Assembly (NCBI GenBank): GCA_964447495.1
Contig: CAYUTF010000049.1
Location: 1-19,219 of the forward strand
From: an uncultured archaeon
GTDB lineage: Archaea; Asgardarchaeota; Lokiarchaeia; Sigyniarchaeales; SOKP01
DNA length: 19,219 nucleotides
Reading direction: 5' to 3'
Part shown: piece by piece, positions 8,267-16,008 of the stretch
Numbering within the stretch: the first letter of the stretch is position 1
Layout: each line of letters opens with the position of its first letter
The notes under the pieces: model-generated
The model's database searches: none
The model's input: the letters and a program-made list of their open reading frames with translations, nothing else
What the model was told of the DNA's origin: nothing
Made by a program: the position numbers and the translations under genes

Positions 8267-9397
8267 ATGCCTTCAAAAATATATATTAAATTAAAAAGTA
8301 TATTAATTCAAAATTCCTATGTTTTCATTATTCTAATTTTATGGTTCTTATGTAATTATATCGCTTTTTTAATTTTAACTAATGATTTTATTGAAGCATT
8401 TTTCATACTATTCTTTTTTAAGAATCATCCAAGTATGTATGGCAACTTTTATGCAAATTTTTCAGAATTCATCATTTTTGGGCTCGTGTTTTCTCTCGTA
8501 ACAATTGATTTATTTAGAAAATACAATCCAGCCGATACTTGTCGAAAATTAGCCATGAGCCATAGTAATCATGTAGTTATTATAGGATATAATCATATAG
8601 GTCAAAGAATTGCAGATTTTTTAAAAGAAAAGGGTGAAAGTGTCGTAATTATTGAGAGAAAAAAAGAGATTATTCAAAATCTTATTGATAACGAAGAAGC
8701 TGTTGTTAATGGCGACGCTTTAAACTTTGAAGTGCTTTTAGATGCAGGAATAGATAAAGCTAAAGCTGTTTTGATCATGAGCGATAATTTAGAAGTCCTT
8801 ATGGTCATTACAGCTCATGTGAGACAACTAAATAAAAGATGTAAACTGGTATGTAGAGTTTTTGAAGATGATATTGGAGAGTTAATCTCAAAAACATATA
8901 ATGCTGAAATAATTTCTACTTCTAAATTTACAGCTGAAATAATAATAGCTAAGATTATTAAGAACCATTATAAGAATATTCTATTAATAGGAATGAATAA
9001 TATTACTGCTAGATTAATGAAAAGATTGGAAAATTTAACGTACATAAATTTTTGTTTGATTGAGGAAAATGAAGAGCTTATTGAAGATTATTCATTTTGG
9101 AGAGATAATATAGTTGTAGGTGATCCAAAAGATCATCAAATTTTAAATAAAGTAGGGATAGAAAATGTTGATTTTATTTTTAACTCAATTCCGGTTGTCA
9201 CTGAATCGATATTAATAATTAGACGTATTCGAGAAATCAATAAAAATTGTAAAATATATGCTCGATTCTTTAATGATAATGTCGCAGAATTACTTGAAAA
9301 ACACCCTTTTTCTACAAAAGTCATATCTTCATCAAAATATACCTTGAATGTCATAGAAAAGAAGGGTTTATTGAATCTTTCCCACTATAATTTATGA
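8267..9397 (+). CDS. K+-channel-like protein: 2 TM plus two TrkA-N/RCK domains, no canonical selectivity filter
   Basis: Two TM segments, then RCK1 (HVVIIGYNHIGQRIA, VVIIE, GDA..EVLLDAGIDKAKAV) and RCK2 (NILLIGMNNI, VVGDPKD..ILNKVGIENVD, IYARFFND). The ATG at 8267 is preferred over the TTG at 8255. Confidence 0.8.
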   Translation: MPSKIYIKLKSILIQNSYVFIILILWFLCNYIAFLILTNDFIEAFFILFFFKNHPSMYGNFYANFSEFIIFGLVFSLVTIDLFRKYNPADTCRKLAMSHSNHVVIIGYNHIGQRIADFLKEKGESVVIIERKKEIIQNLIDNEEAVVNGDALNFEVLLDAGIDKAKAVLIMSDNLEVLMVITAHVRQLNKRCKLVCRVFEDDIGELISKTYNAEIISTSKFTAEIIIAKIIKNHYKNILLIGMNNITARLMKRLENLTYINFCLIEENEELIEDYSFWRDNIVVGDPKDHQILNKVGIENVDFIFNSIPVVTESILIIRRIREINKNCKIYARFFNDNVAELLEKHPFSTKVISSSKYTLNVIEKKGLLNLSHYNL

Positions 9398-9402
9398 TTT
9401 CC

Positions 9403-10095
9403 TCATTCAAAACCAAATTTTGTTAGCTTAGAGAGAAGATTTAATTTCTTTTTTTCTGGATCTTTAGTAAGAAGAATTTTACGGTGATTAAGCTTTTTAT
9501 GTCTTTCAATTTTTAAAGAATAATCCAACCAATAATCCATTACTTTTCCTCCACTTTGAATCTCCAAAGTCTGGTTTTCGTTTTTTAATCTTCTTAAATA
9601 ATTCACAATTAATACATTAACCTTATATTGAATATTTAAGAGGGACAATGTTGCTAGCATTAAGTTTAATTGGTAATTCAAAATAAAATTTTTACTTTTG
9701 CTATTTTTTCTTATTTCTAATTGATAAAGGTTGGTTAAAGAATCTATTACAATTAATATTTTACTTGTAGTTTTATCTTTAATGATCTTTATGATTATTT
9801 GTTCGAGATCTAAAATTAAATCAGATAATTTGTTGAAATCTAATATCAAATAGACCAGTAAATTATCCAATACTTTTTCTTCGAAATTTTGAATAAGATT
9901 GTTTATTTTAGAATAGGGAAAATTAGGTTTAGTATATATGTATATGACCAGATTTCCTAGAGAGGAATTATATAAAGCTGTTTGGAGAGAGAATATCGTT
10001 TTGCCTACACCGTAATCCCCGTAGATAGAGAAGATTCCTCTAAATTGATTAGGTGATTGGAAGTGTTTATTTAGAATATCGAGTGGAAAAAACAT
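9403..10095 (-). CDS. RadB-like RecA-superfamily protein
   Basis: Walker A IYGDYGVGKT, Walker B LIVIDSLTNLYQLE, QL..LATLS, VLIVNY and SGGKVMDYW, as in archaeal RadB. 230 aa. Confidence 0.78.
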   Translation of the reverse strand: MFFPLDILNKHFQSPNQFRGIFSIYGDYGVGKTIFSLQTALYNSSLGNLVIYIYTKPNFPYSKINNLIQNFEEKVLDNLLVYLILDFNKLSDLILDLEQIIIKIIKDKTTSKILIVIDSLTNLYQLEIRKNSKSKNFILNYQLNLMLATLSLLNIQYKVNVLIVNYLRRLKNENQTLEIQSGGKVMDYWLDYSLKIERHKKLNHRKILLTKDPEKKKLNLLSKLTKFGFE

Positions 10096-10136
10096 AATTA
10101 AAAATTTTTAATTTTATAATTAATTATAATATTAAA

Positions 10137-10994
10137 TTGAGAAAGTCACCTTTATATATATTAACAGAGGATTTATCTTTTTTTTATAAAATTAATAAAG
10201 AATTAAATAAATTAAAAATCCCTTTTAAAATTCTGAGTGTAAATAAGATTATACCAAAATATTCCGCTATTATATTAACTAAGTCTAATGAATTAATAAA
10301 TTGGCAAGAGAATGAGAAAAATTCCGTTATCCTTGCTTATTCTGATAATGATGATTTTAACCATTACCTAATTAAAGTTATTGCTGCATATAGAGTCGGA
10401 TATAAGGAAAAATATTCTGAATTATTGTTTTCAGTAGATCCTGGAAAAAAAACAGGGTTAATGATATTTTTAGATGGTTTATATTTATATTCATATTGCT
10501 GTTTTGAAATCAGTGAAGTTTTAGGTAAAATTAAACAATACATCAATTGTTTTCAAGAAAATAACCCAACTTTGATTAGCTTAACTTTTAAATTGGGAAA
10601 TGGCGTCTTACCGATAACAATTAATTTAGTTGACAAGATTTATTTAATTTATGACGGAAGAGAGAATTTGAAAATTTTTTTAATTGATGAGTTTAAATCT
10701 TCAAAGATAAAGGCTAATCAAAAGAATAGAACCCATCAAATATCTAAAGATGAATTGTCTGCTTTAGTTTTGGCTTTGAGAAGAGGTATTGAAGTCAATC
10801 AAGAAAATTATATTAATATTTTAAATCAGCTAAGGAGTAATAAGAAAAGAAAGGATAATAGAGCGCCTATAAAAAATCAAAATGCCAATTATGATAAATC
10901 TTTCTTGGGAGAAATTGCTTTAAAAGTGATAGATGGTGAATTGACTCTTGAGGGTGCCTTTGAAGAATTAAAATCAATTAATTCATTAAAATAA
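10137..10994 (+). CDS. Archaeal RNase H-fold protein (YqgF/RuvC-like acidic motifs), putative nuclease
   Basis: SVDPGKKTGL (xDPG motif), KLGNG, LIDEFKSS and DELSALVLALRRG follow the YqgF/Tex-like D..E..D pattern, with an extra N-terminal alpha/beta domain. TTG start. Confidence 0.65.
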   Translation: MRKSPLYILTEDLSFFYKINKELNKLKIPFKILSVNKIIPKYSAIILTKSNELINWQENEKNSVILAYSDNDDFNHYLIKVIAAYRVGYKEKYSELLFSVDPGKKTGLMIFLDGLYLYSYCCFEISEVLGKIKQYINCFQENNPTLISLTFKLGNGVLPITINLVDKIYLIYDGRENLKIFLIDEFKSSKIKANQKNRTHQISKDELSALVLALRRGIEVNQENYINILNQLRSNKKRKDNRAPIKNQNANYDKSFLGEIALKVIDGELTLEGAFEELKSINSLK

Positions 10995-11053
10995 AAAAGT
11001 TTAATATTTTCTAATGATTTCAGTTAACATTGAATAAGGGGATAAAAGGTTCT

Positions 11054-12124
11054 ATGAAAAGGATTGGAGCTTTAGATATTTTTCGTGGTCTGTGTATTTT
11101 TTACATGACGTTTGGACACATGACGTATTGGTGGTCAGCGAAAGCTAGCTTTTGGTTATATGAGATGATCTGGAATTTAGGTGCACCGATAGGAGGTGGT
11201 GGATTTCTCCTTGTATCGGGTATGAGTGCTATGATTTCTTATAAAGTAAATTTATATAAAGCCCAATTATCAAACGATTTCAGTATGAAAAATAGTAGAA
11301 ATCAATATATTATTCGCGCATTAATTATTTTATTAATATCATTCATCTGGAATCTTTTTGCCACCCTTTTTATGAATGTTCCTGGTATTTGGATCTGGTA
11401 TGTAATCCAAACGATTTCTATCTCACTTTTAATGGCATGGCCTTTACTTAAAACTTCTAGACGCTTTCGAATGTTTGTCTGTTTTGCTTTCTGGATTGGA
11501 AATGAATTTATAGTAGTATGGTTGAGACCCTTTAGTGGTCAAAATGACTTTCTTGGGATTCTTTACTTTTTGTTATATAACGTAGAAGAGCAAAATGTAA
11601 TTTTAGCATATTTCCCGTATCTTCTGGCAGGTACTGTTATTGGAGATATATTACATGAAGCGTTTAATTTAAAGGAGGAGGATCAATATCCATTTCTAAA
11701 GAAAAAGTTAATTTTTCCTGGATTAATTGGAGGTATATTACTAATCATTTTTGGAATCGTATTTTTGTTTCCTAATTTCATTAATAAGGAGACATTTTCC
11801 TCACATATGTTAATTTTTGGAGTAGAATTATTGCTTATCATCATTTTAGTGTACATTAAAGATTTAGGATATCTTAGGTTAAAAAGAAATTATTCTGTGC
11901 TTAAATATTATTCGTATTATTCATTTACCATATTTCTTGCTCATAATCTCCTCTATTTCCTTTTTCCGCCGATATTCAATGCATTAGAAATGTGGCTTTA
12001 TATCGTTCCTGTTATGATTCTCTGGACTTTATTATTTCGAATAATTTATATAAAATTGGGAAAATATGCATCGCTTAAGTATCTTATAAGTGAATCAGCT
12101 AAATATTTAGCAAATAGAATCTAA
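11054..12124 (+). CDS. HGSNAT-like / DUF1624 multi-pass membrane acyltransferase, paralog 1
   Basis: KRIGALDIFRGLCIFYMTFGH (R..lD..RG.....M...H, putative catalytic His), FLLVSGMS, W.VIQTISIS, many TM segments. The ATG at 11054 matches the start of paralog 2. Confidence 0.8.
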   Translation: MKRIGALDIFRGLCIFYMTFGHMTYWWSAKASFWLYEMIWNLGAPIGGGGFLLVSGMSAMISYKVNLYKAQLSNDFSMKNSRNQYIIRALIILLISFIWNLFATLFMNVPGIWIWYVIQTISISLLMAWPLLKTSRRFRMFVCFAFWIGNEFIVVWLRPFSGQNDFLGILYFLLYNVEEQNVILAYFPYLLAGTVIGDILHEAFNLKEEDQYPFLKKKLIFPGLIGGILLIIFGIVFLFPNFINKETFSSHMLIFGVELLLIIILVYIKDLGYLRLKRNYSVLKYYSYYSFTIFLAHNLLYFLFPPIFNALEMWLYIVPVMILWTLLFRIIYIKLGKYASLKYLISESAKYLANRI

Positions 12125-12154
12125 TTATTTAGTAGTAATATTTTATATTAAGAA

Positions 12155-13240
12155 ATGAAAAGATTAAACAGCATCGACATTTTTAGAGGAATTTCACTTT
12201 TTTGGATGTTTTTAGGGCATTTGCTAAATTGGTGGTTAATAGATCAAGATTCTTGGTTGTATCATTTTATCTTTAATATGCTTGATCCTATTGGTTCCTC
12301 AGCCTTTATTTTTATAGCGGGAATTTCTACAGTTATAGCATTGAGAGCAAGATTTAGTAAAGCGGAATTAACAGAGAATTATACTAAAAAGATAATCAGA
12401 AGAGAGTATTTTTTCAGAGCCCTATTGATATTGTTGATAGCTTTAATTTATAATGTGAGTATTGCAATAGCATTGTTCAATCCTTTATATATTTGGACCT
12501 GGTTTGTGCTTTTGACTATTGCGATTTCATTGTTAATAGCATGGCCTCTATATAAAATATCTATTTATTTTAGGATAATTATTGGAATTGCGATTTGGAT
12601 ATTCAACCAATATTTTCTGCGGTTATTGTTACCTTATCAAGGAAAGGCGAATATTTATGGAATCTTGTTTCATATATTTTACCATTCATTAGATCTTGAT
12701 GTAATACTTGCATTCTTTCCATTTTTTATATTTGGAACTGTTATAGGTGAATTTATTTTTAACATTTATCAAATAAAGAATAACAACCTGCTAAAAAAAG
12801 TGTTGAAAAAGAAGTTTATATATCCCTTTCTCTTAATTGGATTTTCCCTGATAATATTTGGGGTGTTGTTAAATTTTCCCCAATTTTTTACTAATAGAAC
12901 TTTTTCATGGATGATTTACACAATTGGAATAGATATTTCTCTACTCACTGTTTTCATAGTTATTGAAGAATTTATTCAAAAAAGAAAAGCAAAGAGAATA
13001 AGCATACTTTTTTATTTTTCATTTTATTCATTTACTATTTACATATCTCATAATGCATTGTATTTTCTATTTTATAAGCAATTAACAGTAATTAATATCT
13101 GGTTTTTTATCATACTAGTGTATTTATTGGTTGGGTATTCATTAAAAATCGTTTATAAAAGATTCGGGAATAAAGTATCAATAAAGTACCAAATTGGAAG
13201 ATTGGCGGCTATTCTTGCCAAGAGAACTACCAAAGTGTGA
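12155..13240 (+). CDS. HGSNAT-like / DUF1624 multi-pass membrane acyltransferase, paralog 2
   Basis: KRLNSIDIFRGISLFWMFLGH, FIFIAGIS, WFVLLTIAIS, FFPFF..GTVIG and YSFTIYISH. Colinear with paralog 1. Confidence 0.8.
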   Translation: MKRLNSIDIFRGISLFWMFLGHLLNWWLIDQDSWLYHFIFNMLDPIGSSAFIFIAGISTVIALRARFSKAELTENYTKKIIRREYFFRALLILLIALIYNVSIAIALFNPLYIWTWFVLLTIAISLLIAWPLYKISIYFRIIIGIAIWIFNQYFLRLLLPYQGKANIYGILFHIFYHSLDLDVILAFFPFFIFGTVIGEFIFNIYQIKNNNLLKKVLKKKFIYPFLLIGFSLIIFGVLLNFPQFFTNRTFSWMIYTIGIDISLLTVFIVIEEFIQKRKAKRISILFYFSFYSFTIYISHNALYFLFYKQLTVINIWFFIILVYLLVGYSLKIVYKRFGNKVSIKYQIGRLAAILAKRTTKV

Positions 13241-13255
13241 TAAATATTATAAAAT

Positions 13256-13789
13256 TCATAAAAATGTCCGTGCACATTGAATTTTAATCTTGGGTTTAGT
13301 TTTTAATTGATGATAAAATCGATAAGATACATAATTATTAAAGATATAATTTATGGTTTTTATATAAAACCCATTATTCCCGACAGCGATACCCCTATCT
13401 TTATCAAATATAAAAAAAAGGGTAATTACTAGTTCCTCAGGTGAAAATCTCCTTTCTAATTTAATATCATGAATATAAGTATCTTGGAAAAATGAAAAAA
13501 TTAATTTTAAAAGTGTCAATTCCTCTCTAACAATAAGAACCTTAAAATTTTTCAACTGTTGTCGTATATTTTTTAAAAAACGTTTAGCATTAAAATAGTC
13601 TTCATTTTTAACGATGAAAAATAGAAATCTGTTTCTAATAATAATATTTATAGGGTGTAATCGAGTCACTTTAAAAAAATACAAGAGAAATTGTAATTCC
13701 TCATTATGAAATTTCCTTTTAAATGATACTATTTGAGAAAAGATAACAGAATTATTTAATATACTATTCATGATAATAAAGAATTTCAT
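13256..13789 (-). CDS. Archaeal NusA-like KH-domain protein (divergent)
   Basis: C-terminal type-II KH with DRGIAVGNNGFYIK (GxxG loop), preceded by KVLIVREE..L.KLIFSFF.D..I..I, matching the archaeal NusA layout. The first KH has no GxxG. Confidence 0.62.
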   Translation of the reverse strand: MKFFIIMNSILNNSVIFSQIVSFKRKFHNEELQFLLYFFKVTRLHPINIIIRNRFLFFIVKNEDYFNAKRFLKNIRQQLKNFKVLIVREELTLLKLIFSFFQDTYIHDIKLERRFSPEELVITLFFIFDKDRGIAVGNNGFYIKTINYIFNNYVSYRFYHQLKTKPKIKIQCARTFL

Positions 13790-13893
13790 TTTAATAATTT
13801 AAAATTCGATAATAAAGGGTTGTATTGATAAAAAGTATTTAATATGCAAATACTTCAATTAATGAGATATCAAATATAAAGCGAAATAAAACC

Positions 13894-14667
13894 ATGAAAG
13901 AGCGTATAGATCTTTTATTAGTTGAACGAAGATTAGTAGAAAGCAGGACAAAGGCTAAATGGTTAATTAAAAACGGTTATGTATTTGTTAATGATAGTAT
14001 TATTAAAAGACCAAGCAAAAAGATAGATAACTCTTATGAAATCACACTTAAAAAACAATTTCCTTATGTTGGAAGGGGTGGTTTAAAATTAGAAGAAGCT
14101 ATAAATAATTTTTCAATATCGGTGAAAGATAAAGTCTGTGCGGATATAGGTGCGTCAATTGGAGGTTTTACTGATTGTCTCCTTAAGCATGGTGCATTTA
14201 AAGTTTATGCAGTCGATACAGCCACAGATCTTTTACATCCCTCTTTAATGTGCAATAAAGTACAAGTAGTAGCACTTTTAGGGGTAGATGCACGTAAATT
14301 GGCCAACTTGCCAGAGAAGGTTGATCTTATCACTATAGATATTACTTTTTCTTCATTAAGAGATATCTTGCCAACCGCATTGAAATTCATCAAAATTACT
14401 GGAGATATTATCGTTTTGGTGAAACCGATTTTCGAGACAAATTTTTATGATAATCAAAAGTTTAAAATTGTAAAAGATTCAAAAATTCTTAATGAGATTT
14501 TAAAAGATCTAATAAAGTGGAGTGTAAAGAATAAATTGTATCCTCAAGCAATTATGAAATCTCCCATTTTAGGCAAAGGAGGATCAACGGAATTTTTCAT
14601 TCATTTTAGAGGTCAAAAAGGGACTTCCGATGATAATTATGAGGATTTAATTGGAAATCTTTTATAA
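13894..14667 (+). CDS. tlyA: TlyA-family rRNA 2'-O-methyltransferase (S4 + FtsJ domain)
   Basis: KERIDLLLVER.LVESRTKA (S4), YVGRGGLKL, DIGASIGGFTDCLL.HGA..VYAVD, DITFSSL, LVKPIFE and SPILGKGGSTEF. Confidence 0.92.
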   Translation: MKERIDLLLVERRLVESRTKAKWLIKNGYVFVNDSIIKRPSKKIDNSYEITLKKQFPYVGRGGLKLEEAINNFSISVKDKVCADIGASIGGFTDCLLKHGAFKVYAVDTATDLLHPSLMCNKVQVVALLGVDARKLANLPEKVDLITIDITFSSLRDILPTALKFIKITGDIIVLVKPIFETNFYDNQKFKIVKDSKILNEILKDLIKWSVKNKLYPQAIMKSPILGKGGSTEFFIHFRGQKGTSDDNYEDLIGNLL

Positions 14668-14691
14668 ATTCAATATATTAGATATTGAATT
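14667..14691. terminator. Perfect 10-bp inverted repeat between convergent tlyA and DUF362 genes; possible terminator or 3'-end structure
   Basis: AATTCAATAT-attag-ATATTGAATT, starting at the last base of the tlyA stop codon. The stem is AT-rich and weak. Confidence 0.35.
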
Positions 14692-14712
14692 CAAATTGTA
14701 TTACGTTATATT

Positions 14713-15882
14713 TTAATTTACAGGATAGGATTGAAAAAGATTTCCCCATTCTGATTTATAGAATTCTTTTATTCTTTTTTTACCGATAGTTGGATACCAT
14801 ATCATATCATGATAAATTTTAGAAGCTAAGGTAGGGCCTAAAAAGAAAAGCTCATTGTTAAATAACGGATATATGAAATGTAAAGGTCCTTTTCTGACCA
14901 TTTGATCACCCCAGATTACAAAACTTCTTTTTACTTTAAAATGCCAGTTAATATTTGACACATCTTCTCCAATAATTTCGATTTGATCAACATCTCCACA
15001 TCCTAATCCCTCATCATGAGCCATTTTTATAGCAGGAAGATGAAGTGGATCGAATCCCATCATTTTTGCTACCACGGCATCTACTGCAACTTGATCATAT
15101 CCTGCAAGAATAAAATTCTTAATTCGCGGAATCATGATTCGAGGTCCCGCCCCATCACCGCATACCGTACCATCCACAACAGCTAAAATTTCAGGATGTA
15201 TTTGTTTTTGAATAATTAACAGATCTACTAATACTTCAGACATAAATTGGTGTGAAAAATGTCTTCTTTTGGTTAATAAGCCTCCAAATGCATTTTTCAT
15301 GGAGCACGTGATCCCTCCATGTTTCATATCACTTTGAGTTTTATTAAGGCTTCCTCCTATTGCTCCCGTATGACCATGAGTCTTCATTGTAGGAAGGTGA
15401 ATTATTGGCTTTCCAACATAAAATTTTGGAATTCTAAATCCTTCAGGAAATATTTTGGAATCTAACGCAAATAATTTTTTGTTTTTAAATTGGAGGAATT
15501 TTGATTTTAAGGAATCATATGGTACAAATGGAATGCGCGTAAGTGGGATGAACCATACCCCATATTTATTTATTATAGGTTGCCATTTATTTCCTTTTAA
15601 TCCTTGTTCTATATTTGTTACTACCGTCCTATTTTCCGCGGTAAATATTTTCTTCGGATCAAAACCACCATCTATTAGGGTTCTTAATACCCCCTCTACC
15701 TGCCATGGTGGACTTGAACATGCAGGGAAAAATTTTGACCAGCTTAAGTTGAGTTTAATTATTGTTTTTACATCTTTTGAGAAGTGTTTTTGATAGTCTG
15801 CTAAATCCATTAGTTTGGTATAATCACTTAGAACTTCTTGTGGAGATGTTTTAACGATATAAATTTGTGATATAGAATTCAT
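14713..15882 (-). CDS. DUF362 domain protein
   Basis: IKLNLSW..FFPACSSPPWQVEGV, HLPTMKTH, SMKNAFGGLL, VVDGT..GDGAGP and DQVAVDAVVAKMMGFDP..AHDEGLG are DUF362 hallmarks. Confidence 0.85.
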   Translation of the reverse strand: MNSISQIYIVKTSPQEVLSDYTKLMDLADYQKHFSKDVKTIIKLNLSWSKFFPACSSPPWQVEGVLRTLIDGGFDPKKIFTAENRTVVTNIEQGLKGNKWQPIINKYGVWFIPLTRIPFVPYDSLKSKFLQFKNKKLFALDSKIFPEGFRIPKFYVGKPIIHLPTMKTHGHTGAIGGSLNKTQSDMKHGGITCSMKNAFGGLLTKRRHFSHQFMSEVLVDLLIIQKQIHPEILAVVDGTVCGDGAGPRIMIPRIKNFILAGYDQVAVDAVVAKMMGFDPLHLPAIKMAHDEGLGCGDVDQIEIIGEDVSNINWHFKVKRSFVIWGDQMVRKGPLHFIYPLFNNELFFLGPTLASKIYHDMIWYPTIGKKRIKEFYKSEWGNLFQSYPVN

Positions 15883-16008
15883 AATTATGATTAAAAAAAA
15901 ATTGATAATTTATTTTTTTTACTATAAATATGTAAAGGGTGTTTATATCATAATGAAAAGTATTTAAAAAGATAAATTTAAAATTAAAAATAAAAATCTA
16001 TTAAAAAC

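Noticed and set aside
10137-10994. RNase H/RuvC-like ORF as TnpB/Cas12 or IS110 transposase
   Set aside because: No zinc ribbon or split RuvC layout, no IS110 C-terminal domain, and no room for a flanking guide RNA or terminal repeats.
13894-14691. tlyA as a mobile cassette bounded by inverted repeats
   Set aside because: The two flanking dyads are unrelated to each other, and there is no target-site duplication or recombinase gene.
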